In this document: piece by piece, positions 27,614 through 41,059 of the stretch | Numbering within the stretch: the stretch's first letter is position 1 | Layout of the letters: each line of letters starts with the position of its first letter | Assembly (NCBI GenBank): GCA_951406725.2 | Contig: OX597816.1 | Location: 146,320,001 to 146,384,000, forward strand | DNA: 64,000 nucleotides | From: Octopus vulgaris | Lineage: Eukaryota | Direction: 5' to 3' | Translations under genes and position numbers: made by a program | The notes under the pieces: generated by a model | Told to the model about the DNA's origin: nothing | Databases searched by the model: none | What the model saw: only the letters and a program-made list of their open reading frames with translations

Positions 27614-28350
27614 GAGATGCTAATGCTGTGTGGGCCAAATCCTCTTGATGGTAAGTGACGCCAGCCCTCTGGCGCATACGTGTACAGTTTTGCCCTGCTA
27701 GGCCGCGTCAGTTCCCAGATGTTATGCGCGGAGTACAGTCGTAATTCCCGCCTTCCAACAAGTCGATCGAAAGCATCGAACAGAGATATTCCATCAAATT
27801 TTGCACAAAACGTGGTTGTACTCAAGCTCAAACAATCCATAAAATATTAAGCTTGAAACCGCTTGAAATATAGACGTACATCAGTGGTTAGCTTGGCAAA
27901 TACTCATAGAATACCTTCGTCTAACGACTCGTAAAATAAGAAAATAAGGGAAGGATCAGGGCATTCGATTTTTAACGTAGAATTTGTGCAATCTGAGAGT
28001 GCCGGCGATACTGATCCCCATGTTCCTAGCAAAGCAGCAGAAGCAACTTAATATTGAAATCTTGCTGGACTTTACAAATAACGAACCACACTACACGAAG
28101 ACAATCATCCCTTGTGATGAGAAATAGGTCTATGGTTGCGACCAGGAAAGTAACTTCCAGCCCTCCTAATAGAAGCATCAGATATCATCAAAGCCAAAAA
28201 GTGCACTATAAGTTCGCAGGAATGTGAAGGCAAATTTCACCTTTTTATTTGGGGCCCGTGATTTTGAGCATCAGGAATACGTACCACTAACCCAAACATT
28301 CAAGAAGGAATATTACCTGTAGATTATACGACGCTTTCGTGATGCAGCGT
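27613..28350 (+). mobile_element. mariner DNA transposon relic (5' end plus N-terminal/central transposase pseudogene)
   Basis: Begins after TA. Translation gives EQRYSIKFC..G.TQAQTIHKI, IIPCDEK*VYGCDQE (cf. TGDEKWVY), VRRNVK and HQEYVPLTQTFKKEYYL*IIRRFRDA. Truncated by (TG)n. Confidence 0.85.
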
Positions 28351-28371
28351 GTGTATTTGTGTCTGTGTTTG

Positions 28372-28414
<43 letters not shown>

Positions 28415-29386
28415 TGTGTGTGTGTGTGTGTGAAGTGAAATGAGTTAAGAATCCAGGTAGATATCTATATAGCACTTTGAGTTAAAAATGAGCTTTTACA
28501 TATACATTTGTAGTCAGAAAGAAATACTGTCACTTTTGTTGTGGATGACAGCGTTTAAACGGTCGATACACAACTCTATATTCTATATGTATGTGATAGT
28601 GCAATGGAATGTGCAACGGAAGACGAATCACATAGAGATGGAGGGAAAATACAGGGGGAGGTATTGTGTGATAATTATATTATGGTGAGTGTTTATGCTG
28701 GGCGTGGGAAATTTTTTTTACTGCTGATAATATATCAAACGGACTGAAAACGTTTTCTACTTGGAGGGAACAAACAAGGCGACTAAATATATTTTTGCCG
28801 TTGGGAAGATAAAAGAAATTTCACGAAGACCGCCGTGTGGGGACTACTTCAGAATAATCATTTTCCTGCTGAGCAAAGACTCCAGTATCTAGTTCTGATA
28901 AATAATACCTTAACTGTTCAAGTAATCTCCAAATTTGCGGTATTTTTTCAATAGCAAAATGCCTCCTACCAATACTGAGAAAAATTCCCACCATGTTTGA
29001 CACCTCTGACATATATTGGTGGATTAATTAGAAAGTGGGGATAACTTCTCCTTTAAATTTCTGAAATCTAAAATATATTTCAGACTGAGGCAAGGAATCT
29101 GAAAACATGAGCTTGGTTCCTATTGCGGCCATAGCGAATGTTGTCGTTCGCGCCCACAAGAATGCCGGCAACAGTCATTATGTAGAGCAAAAGCAGTTGA
29201 AGGTACTCTACTAAGTGTTTTCCTCATTTCAAGTACATAGAAGAAAAAATATAATATTCATTTTAAACGTGAACCAAAGCTGTTGAATTTTACTAACAGA
29301 CTCGTAAATATTTGGCTGCTGTTATATTAAATTAATAGCAATTTTAAACAGACACAAAAGCACACACATACATACTCATGTATGTG

Positions 29387-29765
29387 TGGCACTCCGTCGG
29401 TTACGACAATGAGGGTTCCGGTTGATCCGAATCAACGGAACAGCCTGCTCGTGAAATTAACGTGTAAGTGGCTGAGCACTCCACAGACACGTGTACCCGT
29501 AACGTAGTTCTGGGGGATATTCAGCGTGACACAGAGAGTGACAAGGCCGGCCCTTTGAAATATAGGTACAGCAGAAACAGGAAGTAAGAGTGAGAGAAAG
29601 TTGTGGTGAAAGAGTACAGCAGGGATCACTACCATCCCCTGCCGGAGCCTCGTGGAGCTTTAGGTGTTTTCGCTTAATAAACACTCACAACGCCCGGTCT
29701 GGGTATCGAAACCACGATCCTATGACCGCGAGTCCGCTGCCCTAATCACTGGGCCATTGCGCCTC
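29387..29765 (-). mobile_element. Full-length tRNA(Arg)-like SINE family C (octopus OR-type / Ceph-SINE-like), low divergence
   Basis: Minus strand starts GAGGCGCAATGGCCCAGTGATTAGGGCAGCGGACTCGCGG..GGTTTCGATACCC (A and B boxes) and ends GTCGTAACCGACGGAGTGCC. GC-rich relative to flanks. The family name is from recall and unverified. Confidence 0.8.
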
Positions 29766-31020
29766 ATGTATGTGTACACCCATCCACACATCCACGCATT
29801 TTATTTGTGGGTTAGTAATTTCTAAAGTCGGTTTCATGACGAGAATCCTCGGCCACTATCAAGCTCGTCACATGGGTCATTGGTATTCGTTTCCATTTGA
29901 ACGAGAATACACCGAAGCTACACAAGCGTATGCGGATTTTTGGTACAAACAAATAAATATACAGATCAGGGGAAATAATTGATAATTGATATCTGCATTA
30001 GCTAGCTATCTTCGAAGTTATGAATATGTGTAACTATGAATATGAATATACACGTATATACACGTATATGCACGCAGGCACCAGTGCAGAATATCCATAC
30101 AGAATATGTGCACACACACGCACACACAAAACAAACACTGACACAAATACACACACACACATAAATATATGTGTATGCCTGTCTGTGTTAGTGTATGTGT
30201 GTGTGTGTGTGTGATATAAATAAGTATAGATATGCATATATGTATATGTATGTCAGTGTATATATACATATTCACACAAACGTATGCAAGTGTGCGTGCG
30301 TGTTTTTGATTGTGTATGTGCCTTTGTATAATTGTATTGAACGCGTACCTGCATTCTCAAACTTGAAATGACCTCCACTGGAGCGAATTTCCCCTTCCGA
30401 CAGTTATTTAGAAAAACACACCACTTGGTTATGGATCTCGTCATTGGACCATAGAAGACGTAGTGCGCAGCCTATTAAATACTGCAGCTTTTGATATTCA
30501 AACAGCATTTGACACATTTGTTGATGAATGCTAAACTTTGTAGGGTTTCAATTAATTAAATAGACACGCATTAAGCAACAATGAATGATTTAGAGAATTG
30601 CACAATTATGCACGCCTATACTGAATGGCTGCGATCGAAGGATACTGTGTCCGTATTCATTAAAGCGTAAAGACGCAGCAACATGCATCCTGTGATGCGG
30701 TGATGTCATTGATAACCCAGCGTTGGGATTTTACTGCAAATTATATATTGTAAGAATGTCTCCACAAAGAACGTTTTCGCTGCCGAATCCTTTCCACATT
30801 TGAGTTTACACGTCTTGAATATAATTATATATACCTATGGTTCTATCAACAATGCTTCATTAGCATCTAATTAATTACTTCCAGCTTCACAAGTTTTTGA
30901 AAGAAACAACAGACGTTTTATTTACAGCTTAGGTTCATTTCATATCATATGCAAACTATCCTGAACGTATAAGGTTTTCTTTGTTTGAGGGTATATTATA
31001 CCACAATATCTATCTATCTT

Positions 31021-31119
<99 letters not shown>

Positions 31120-31202
31120 ATCTATACATATATATATATATATACATACATACATACATACATATATAATATTACCTGTGCGTCTGCACACACACGCATG
31201 TG

Positions 31203-31284
<82 letters not shown>

Positions 31285-31298
31285 AGGAAAAGAAACAC

Positions 31299-31646
31299 GT
31301 CACGTGAGGAAAAGGAATATGGTCGATGATCACGCGTGAGCAACGTGAAAGAGAGTGAGAGAAAAAAAGGGGAGAAAGACAGATAGAATACGGTGACGGA
31401 GGGAAGGATAGAAAAAGAGAATTAGAAAAGGATGGAGGAAGAAAACAGTATAGGGTAGAGAGTGGCATGAAAAAGGTGCCACTCTCTACCCTATACTGTT
31501 TTCTTCCTCCATCCTTTTCTAATTCTCTTTTCTATCCTTCCCTCCTTCGACGTATTCTATCTGTCTTTCTCCCCCTTCTTTTTCTCTCACCCTCTTTCAC
31601 GTTGCTCACGAGTGACCATCGTCCATCTTTCTTTTCCTCACGTGAC
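31299..31646. repeat. Long near-perfect palindrome: ~170-bp arms, 9-bp loop
   Basis: 31299-31467 is the reverse complement of 31477-31646. The inner ~70 bp are essentially perfect. Loop is TGAAAAAGG. Confidence 0.95.
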
Positions 31647-31689
31647 TATCTTTCTTTTCCTCCACGGACGTGTTTCTCTCTATCTCTCT

Positions 31690-32010
31690 CACTATCTTCT
31701 ATCTTTTTTCTTAAGAAGGGAAAAAATCATTTCTGCCAGTGTTCACTATTTTCCTGTCGTTTTGGTCTAACGACCCTCCATGTTTGTTTTCGTGCGGTTT
31801 CCACTGTCATGTTTTTGTTCCCAAATATTACCCTCTATTTATGGAAGCGACTGTCTTTGAAAACTCTTATTGTCGTGGAATGCTCGAAATAAGGAGCAGA
31901 TAGACAACCGACAACTAATGTGTTAACTTGTCCTATTTTCCGTTTTTTCTTCGTTGTTTACTTTTTTCATGTTACTTGCACCGTTGGTGATGTCCTGTAC
32001 CCATATATAT
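31690..32010. mobile_element. Second copy of the 7300-7670 repeat
   Basis: Colinear shared motifs, as listed for 7300-7670. Confidence 0.6.
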
Positions 32011-32795
32011 GCATATATGGTAGTCTTAATACACAAATACAGAAATTCCATCCAATGCGGTGTTGAGCACTCATGTTGTGTGTGTGTGTGTGTGTGTTTT
32101 AGCTTCAAATTTTGGCACTCAGACACCAAGTTTAAGGCGGTGGGAAAAGTCGATTAAATCAATCCCACTGACTAATTGATAATATTTTATCGAACATGAA
32201 TTGAATAAGATTATATGAGACTTTATAAATCATTTCCCCCATTATGTTTAAATTTTGCTAAACAGTTAAGGGATTGAAACTTGCGTGGAAATTATTTATC
32301 TTGAAACTCAAATAATTGCAAACTAGTACATCGGCCCAACCTAAACAATATATATCTATGTAAAGAAATACATTATTTTTATTAAACATCAAAAAATATT
32401 GCCATTATTATTTTATTAGCACGCACAATTTCCCCATTCACTCTTAATCGCATAGAAATGCACTCACGCATATTCATCATCGAGATATATAGTGGCATAC
32501 TCAAACTCACTCATAATCACATATATGCATATGCTTAAGTGCGATTTTATATACATCTATGTATACTTACAGACACATATATATATATATGTATATATGT
32601 ATGGTGCATGTATACATGTATGTATGTAAATATATATGTCTGTATAAAGGTACGTAAGTATGTATGTACATATATTTACGTAGAATATGAATGTTTACTC
32701 TGACTACAAGCATGTATATATACGTTTTCTTAAAATTCTCTTTCACTTTATCTTTTCAGTGGATTAACCTGGATTAAAAAGGATTACTTTCAAAT

Positions 32796-32960
32796 ATGGA
32801 TTTACGTGCCTGGACAGTACCTTTGGCGACAAGCTGGTTTGTGGTTCTCATGTTATTATTGGATGTTTCAATTGGATCCACTGCAGATTTGCACGCACCG
32901 TGTTACGCTTGTCGCATATTCAACATCATGCAGAGGGACAATCCCAAACATGACCCAAAG
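32796..32960 (+). CDS. First coding exon of a secreted or cell-surface protein (signal peptide + CYxC); exon 32760-32960
   Basis: Polypyrimidine tract plus TTTTCAG acceptor ending at 32759, ATG at 32796, then 55 codons MDLRAWTVPLATSWFVVLMLLLDVSIGSTADLHAPCYACRIFNIMQRDNPKHDPK and an AAG|GTATTT phase-0 donor at 32961. Non-repetitive, with a hydrophobic core followed by small residues. Confidence 0.7.
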
Positions 32961-34121
32961 GTATTTCTTTTCGCAGACAGTTTTATATTAATTATTACCT
33001 GTTTGAAGTTTAGATTTGAATGTATGTATAGCATTCATTGCTTTCTTAAGAATACACATGGGAAAAAATAATCAAGTCAATTTTGGTTCGGTAGCAATTT
33101 TCATGGAATATTCCATAGGTTTGTTAGTTACCTACTTTATTTAAACGAGCCGTAAATGATACGTTTAATAACTATTCGGCCCATACCCTTCAGCCATCAC
33201 AAAACGTAGGAAACATGTCAATGGATGATCTAGGCATCGATTTGTTTTATTTGAAATCCATTTAAAATGAGGCTGTATAATGCTACAGACAAAACATTGT
33301 TCTACTTTCAACAAGAATGATAAAATGAAACAGGTTTAGTTCGAACATCGATGATCATCTGCTAACTTGTTCAAGAGAACATGTTGTGACGTGGAACAAG
33401 GCAAGGCTTGAATGTAAATATGAACTACTATCAGCAAGTCATGGACGGCAAACTCGTAATCTCCACACTGAAGACATTTCTTAAATTCAGTGCAGCAATG
33501 AAATAAATGAATTTTTAGTAACTTAGAGTAGTTACAACCGTGGTATCAGTTTCAGGAATATATTATCAACAAGTGTATTGTAAACATGTACCGAACATAT
33601 AGGGAACCCAACATGTTACTCTCAACCTATTTCAATTATATGTTATCCTGTTTATACAACTCATTGCAATTCTTTAGAATCCTAGGAACAATTTACATAT
33701 TATCAAATATTTTATTAAGGGTAGGCTAATCGTAAATACAGCGTTTTCCTGTTGCATTTTGCTTTGCATATCATTAGTTTGAATTGCAGGTATGTCTTAA
33801 AACCTGAGAAAATATTGGTTACAAAACGTAAAGTAACTCCAGTAGAGCAGCTTCTTTTTTCTCTCAGGAAATACAAATAGATCAAAGATACGCATAATTA
33901 CATAATTCTTTCTGTGATCACTAAACATGGAAGAAGTAGGCATGTCATCACCCATGAACTAAATGACCAATGTAAAGAAAAATAGATTTGAAAATGTTGT
34001 TTTGGGTAGAAGACATGACATACCAATGATGACTGTGGTTTTATGTCTGCATCCTCATGGACATCTTGGTTATAAAACTAACATGAGAAAAACTTCTATT
34101 ATAATTTCACTGAATGTAAAT

Positions 34122-34300
34122 AAAGCAGCGAGCTGGCTTAATAGGTGGCATGCCAGGCAAAATGGTTTGCGGCATTTCATCCGACTTTGGTTTCATTATA
34201 TCAGAGTTGATAAAATAAGTATCAGTTGAGCAATGGGATTGATGTAATTGACATACCCCCGGCACTGAAATTGCTGGCCTTCTGCAAAAGTTTGAAACTA
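34122..34300 (+). mobile_element. SINE family B, decayed
   Basis: GCGAGCTGGC...GATAAAATAAGTATCAGTTGAGCA...AAAGTTTGAAAC. Confidence 0.7.
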
Positions 34301-36985
34301 ATATCATTGATTGCAAATAACGGGGACAGCCCGAACAATAAGTAGAATGTTGATCAACTAATATCACCATTCTATAGGTTCAACTCCACATAGGTTCTTC
34401 CCCATTCAATGCGATTTCAAATTCAACTGCGTTCGACGTCGAATACAAAATGTTACCCAAAATTCTAGTCGTGCTACTAAGTTTTAGAAATCGATATTAG
34501 CTCATAATTTTCGGTCGATAACCACAACAATTATTTCTGGGATAAAACAATTTTCTTTCTCACTCAACCTGATCGGTGACAGAATATTCCGACAGCTTAG
34601 CGAAACGGAGCAATAGTCGAAGAAGTGAGAACCCATCATTTCCACAGTCATTTCGGAATATCATTTAGATGTAAACGGATTTGATGTTATTCTGGGTCTT
34701 TCACTCTTTCTTTCCGTTCACTTTATTTTTTACTCTCCCTTGACTACTCCACCTATATACACTCCCGCTCGGACACACATACACACGCGCACACGTACAC
34801 ACATGCACACAAATACAAATATATATATATATGTTTTTGCTTCTGGTCGTGTGTGTGTATTTGCGCGTGTATGTGTGTATGTGTTTCTCGTTATGTAAGT
34901 GATGTGTGTACAGGAGTACGCATGTATGACAGTATAAATGAGAAATGCATATCGTATCTGTTTTAGAGTTCAATCCTACTGTGAATCACTTCAAGCAAAC
35001 ATTTGTAAGCGAAATTTTCCTGACATCTTCGAAAACGTATCAAATAATCTGAACTTGCTCCCTTGTTGCAGACAAAAATTCCAGCCATTTTAAAAGAAAC
35101 ACGTAGGCTTGTATCTCTTTGGCAGATTATTGCGAGCAAATTGAACAGTATTCAGTTACATGCACATTTTGCATGATAATTCGCTAGTCACAGCGGCCTC
35201 GTCCATCTCTGAGTAACGTTTTAAGATGAAATGCCGCAAAGTATTTTGCCCGGCATGCTACCTATTCAGCCAGCTCGTTGCTTTATTTACATTCACTGAA
35301 ATTATAAAAGACTTTTTTCTCATTTTTGTCATTGGTTTATAACCCTTTGTCCATCTCTGAGTAACGTTTTAAGAGAGAAAACACAGCATGTACAAACACA
35401 TAGATCTTGCGGCATGTTTTAATGTAAGTTTCATTCATGTTTTAGACAAATGAGATGGGTTATACCCGAAACATTTAAAGACAGGGAAGAATATATCTCT
35501 GAATAAGAAACCTGGCCGAATACTAATTCCAAGAAAGTCAACTGAAGACTACGCGGTGATCTTAAACTGAGCGACCAATTATTACTCCCACTCAAATAAT
35601 CTAAGGCGAGATTTGGAATGGGAAGTAGTCAAAAAGTAGGATATTGCGTGACTTTCCATCTGATGTTTTAACTTTACTTCAAACAAGAGAGATGTACATT
35701 ATCGGTCCTCATATAACGTAAGGGCAAATACGAACACGGCAGAAATCCAATGTACCAGAATAAATACATCAACGCGCTCATCACAATTGTAAGAGAAATG
35801 GGCGTATATTGCGTTGAAGAAATATTTGTTTATAACGCAAACATGTGATTTCAAACAAAGCACACTGCATGGTCGGGTAACGAAACCTGTATCTTCTAGT
35901 TAAGATGATATAATGTAACAACAGGCCAAACTGTTATCATATTTTGTTTGTTGGAAGAGGAGGGGAACAATTTTCAACCTTACAATCATATTTTTCTAAA
36001 CGTTAACTTTAACTATCTCTCATTTGCATATCATTAAATATTTCAATAATATAATTCAATAATTGAAAAACAAACAACGGAAAATATAACTCATTTGATT
36101 TCCTGTGCTGCTGAAATGATATACATGCGTGCACACACACATGGACACCCAAGCACACACCTAGACACACACGTAGATACATAATGCGCGTGTATGAGCG
36201 TTTTCTGGCTGTCAGAGACGGAAACGTAGAGGGGAGAAAACCACTTGGTAAACTCAAACCCTGGATAACACGAGAGCAGTCATCGTCAGACGGGAGATCT
36301 AATCCGAGTGCTTGTAGGTGAATATATTCCGTTTAAGAAAATCTTCTGCAAATTACACGCACACGAAAACACACAGACACACACACATGCGCACGCACTA
36401 AATACATTCATATATATATATGTCTATATTATCTTTCCTTTTGTTATGATGTTATGACTTCTGGTATATTTCATTAACCAACTGTCTAATCACCAACACG
36501 TAATGCACGTAATCTATGACTCTGTATAATATATAACTGCACATATGACACTGTATTTCTTTATTGGCCACGCAGGGCGTAACATAAAGAGGACACTGTT
36601 CTCTATCTCCAGCACACGTGCGTATATATACAATTCAGAACCGTCCATTCACTGGGGTGATTGGTTTCCACAACACACCCCTTTCAGCCCTTAAGACATA
36701 GGTATAATCGTGTACAGCCAGTGTTACTGCTACAGTACTCCTCATCCTCCTTCCTTCACATTGGGCGAAACTGGGTGTTCGAAGTTGCTGCGTTCAGTTA
36801 TGCTTCTTGCTGTGGAATAGGTTCATATGTATATTGTAGACATATATTTGTAGACATAACGTTTCACAGTCTATATATATGTGTGTGTATACATACGCAC
36901 ACTCATACATACACACACATATACATACACATGTATGTATGTATGTATGTATGTATGTATGTATGTATGTATGTATGTATGTATG

Positions 36986-37028
<43 letters not shown>

Positions 37029-37592
37029 GGTCACACATCTACAGACAGACTGGCTGAATTAGTTTCTGAGATAAAGAGAGAACGTGTGGGATGAGGGTGA
37101 GGAATACATAATGAGGGAGAATTTAGGCTTATAAATGGATGAGGTGTATGTAAATGCATTATGAATAAGAAAATTATGGGCCGCTGTGGACAGCGTAAAC
37201 TGAGTGTTTACACTCATTGCATCTTACGAAATCTATATTAAGTTTTATATCTTGCCAATATTTAATGATGTAATCAGAGCAAGATTCATTATATATTCCC
37301 AGTCGAAAGCAATACACATCCTTTAGATCATTAATTTCCTGGCAAAGTTGAAACATCATTACGTCTTTTTCTCCCCCATTATCTAAGTAATTGGAGATGA
37401 TGAAATCGTTATTACCTGCCTTACCGCATTAATAATGCTTGAACTCATATCTATGTTGAGAATATTTACTAAAACACAGTTCCTTCACAACCAGAACGGA
37501 GTTATTGATAGATACGCACACATACACACACATGCACGCGCACACACATATACAGAGACAAACACACACACTCACGCACACACATGAATATA

Positions 37593-37907
<315 letters not shown>

Positions 37908-38766
37908 CACATATATATTATATATATATTGTATAAATGTGTGTGTATGTAGAGAGAGAGGGAGAGAGAGACATACATGCATGCAGACAGACAGAAAGAC
38001 AGAATATACATAGAACGCGAGAGACAAAAAGATAGAATGATAAACACATCACTCTTTATACTTACAGAAACACTCCCTTACACGTATGTATGTATTATGT
38101 GTATATGAATTCTCATGAGTACAGATACTGACGGTTGAGTACAATGAAATAATTTATAGACATAATGTTTCACAGTATATAGTTTCATATAGTATATCGA
38201 TGTGGTAAAATCTCTTGTGGTTTGATTTGACTGTCTAGTGCCATTTCGTAATCGCATACCGCGGATACAATCGCCAATATGTCTATAATATATATATGTA
38301 CGTATGTATGTATGTATGTATGCATGTATGTGTGAGCTGTGCGTAAGGCATCTACATAATACAAAAGATAGAGGGAAAGAAACATAATATATATGTTGTA
38401 TATAAAAAAAAGAACCTAATATGTTTCGCAATGCGATCATGCTGGCAGAGGGAAACTAGAAGAAGAAAAAATGGAAAGTGACAGATAGCAGTCAGAGACC
38501 CTAGATATAGGTTAGATCTGGTGAGAGAGGTGCTTTTCAGTCAATGCACCTTTCATGAAAATGTAACCGAAATTTTTCGTAAATTATATAATATTCTCTA
38601 ATTTCACTAAATCATACACATACACACACACACACACGTACACACACGCTCACACACACACACACTCACATACACACACGCACACATTTATATTAGAATT
38701 AAAATATTTAATTATCAAAATCTAATTTTCCCAAATAGTATCGTCCAAGCAATATTTATAAATTAT

Positions 38767-39158
38767 GTAGGAGTGGCTGTCGGGTAAGTAGCTTGCTTAC
38801 GAACCACATTGTTCCGGGTTCAGTCCGACAGCGTGGAACCTTGGGCAAGTGTCTTCTACTATAGCCTCGGGCCGACCAAAGCCTTGTGAGTGGATTTGGT
38901 AGACGGAAACTGAAAGAAGTCTGTCGTGTATATGTGTATATATATACATATGTGTGTTTGTGTGTCTGTGTTTGTTCCCCCAACATCGCTTGACAACCGA
39001 TGCTGGTGTGTTTACGTCACTGTAACTTAGCGGTTCGGCAAGAGAGACCGATAGAATAAGTACTAGGCTTACAAAGAATAAACCCGGGGAGTGATTTGCT
39101 CGACTAAAGGCGGTGCTCCAGCATGGCCACAGTAAAATGACTGAAACAAGTAAAGAGT
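38767..39158 (+). mobile_element. SINE family A, full young copy
   Basis: Complete head, internal microsatellite and tail. A second 5' half follows at 39163-39322. Confidence 0.9.
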
Positions 39159-39339
39159 ATACAGGCGTAGGAGTGGTTGGGGGACAAGTCGCTTGGTAAA
39201 CGCACGGCTTCGGGTTGAACCTCAATGTGTGCATCTTGGCTAAGTTTTTTCTACTGTAGCCTCGGGTCGACCAAAGCCTTGTGCGTGGATGTGTTTGACG
39301 GAAAAAAACAAAGCCCGTCGAATGCGCGTGTGTTTGTTC

Positions 39340-39367
<28 letters not shown>

Positions 39368-39372
<5 letters not shown>

Positions 39373-39716
39373 CTTGTGCCTCTGAAAACATAATTGATGT
39401 CATAAAATGCTCGGGCTGCCATCAAGACTACGTGGAGTCCACGGGACTATCACTCAGACGTAGATGCACACTGCATCGACAACAGATTGTATTCCCAGAG
39501 TACAGAATGATACCTTTTAGTGAGCACATAGAGAAATGCGCAAAGCAACGACTGCCACAAGTTTTAATCTTGCCATTTTACCAATGTGCTATCGGATCAT
39601 CAACACAATTTAGATTAAACAAAGAAACATTCTTCATTGAAAAGTACAAGCCCAAACTCAACCATCCGAACATACTGAGAAATTCACACGAAGGGAAAGA
39701 AAGAAAACATTTTTAA
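39368..39716 (+). mobile_element. Penelope-like element 3' fragment encoding a GIY-YIG endonuclease
   Basis: TCASENIIDVIKCSGCHQDYVESTGLSLRRRCTLHRQQI...SEH...RLNKETFFIEKYKPKLN. Degenerate GIY/YIG motifs with a CxxC insert and conserved R, H, E and N residues. Confidence 0.85.
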
Positions 39717-39798
39717 GCGATTATCTCCCTTACACCGGAAGAAATCACTCACTACCTCCCCCTATTTAGAACTCTCCTGAACAACTCTATGCATCATA

Positions 39799-39862
39799 GA
39801 CATAACGTCACAAGAAATTTGAAAAGCTAAATGCGAAACCGGTCTTTCTTCGTAATTATGTC
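39799..39862 (+). ncRNA. Decayed minimal type I hammerhead ribozyme of the Penelope-like element
   Basis: TTGAAAA (cf. CUGANGA), GC-taaat-GC, then GAAAC-CGGTC with palindromic ACCGGT. Stem I pairs AAGAAA/TTTCTT and GACATAA/TTATGTC. Confidence 0.55.
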
Positions 39863-40027
39863 ATTTTAAGAGGAAAAAAATTTTAAAAAAAAAAAAAAAA
39901 TTTTTAATATTCTTCAGACATATTGACGCAAATATATATATTTTTTAACATTTAAGCCTTCTGTAGTTTTTTCACTTTTTACGATTTTATATATATTCAC
40001 CCACGTGCTTTCACAAACAAACTTTCT

Positions 40028-40059
<32 letters not shown>

Positions 40060-40349
40060 TGTATGTATGCATGTATGTATGCATGTATGTATGTATATGT
40101 ATGTGTGTTTGTCTTTCTGCGTGGCACATTGGGAAAGTCTTTTTTACTATAATTTCGAACCGACACAAGCCATGTGAGTGTGTTTGGTGTGGAGAGGTTA
40201 GGTTACTTAAAATATGTTAGTTATATTGTTCAACTGATAATATTCAAATTTACTGCAGTTACCGCAAAGTTACTCTAGCGAGACCACTAAACATCCTCTC
40301 CAAAGCTTCCTTGCCGCTAAGAGACATCCCAGAGAAGCCTAATATGTCC

Positions 40350-40610
40350 TATATATAAAGGAGCTAGCAGAGCGGATGCTAAAACTCATAGGTCTGTTTC
40401 TGTAGCATCTCATTTCAGCAAGGTTTAGAGAAAGCTGGTAATTTTCCGCAAATCCAGAATCAAGTAATGTGCCTAACAAGGGATGATACGAGCAACAACG
40501 TTTCCGTTCACGTGCATATCAACATGATGGTGGTGATGTGCTGGCAGCGAAATTTTTTTCCCACGAGAGTTCCCGACGCCAGTAATGAACTCATTTCCAT
40601 ACAGAGAATC
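40350..40610 (+). mobile_element. CR1-group LINE relic
   Basis: KGASRADAK..SVASHFSK (cf. KGGSRADAKNYRPISLTSH), and later RNFFPTRVPDA.NEL (cf. RNFFxxRVxxxWNxL). Confidence 0.55.
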
Positions 40611-41059
40611 AGAGCTCACCTTGAAAATCCACATAGTGTGTACTACTAAAGTACAGCCAGGCATAAAATGGTATATGTCACTCTCTGAGTAGAGCATAGC
40701 GGGACTCGCATAAGCACCACATTCCTCCATCCTCATAGATCAATTGAGCACCATCCCTATACGGAACTAACATGAGGTATCTATACTCAGACTGAGATTA
40801 GTGATACTGATTGTACCCATGTACCCAAGGAGGTCGCAAAACGACACAACGCCATGTTGATAATGATGTTTACAGATCAACATCAACATTTTAAATTAGG
40901 AATGTACAAAATCAGGTAAAAGATTAGGAAACTACACTCCCTTATATTTTTTAGTAAATTATGCAAATCGGTAACACTTAGGGCATCATCGGCGCGCAGC
41001 TCTCCACTCACTTTATACACTAAATTTCACATTTGCCACCCCTATTAACAGTTAGATTT

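Noticed and set aside
29690-29765. tRNA-Arg-like gene on the minus strand
   Set aside because: It continues into a SINE body with no acceptor-stem closure or terminator, so it is a SINE head.
31172-31892. Two divergent ORFs with near-identical N-termini (PLSTLYCFLPPSFSNSLF)
   Set aside because: An artefact of the DNA palindrome.
35400-35760. Possible Tc1 transposase relic (ARHV.., KPGR..PRK)
   Set aside because: Too decayed, with no DDE motif or TIR seen.
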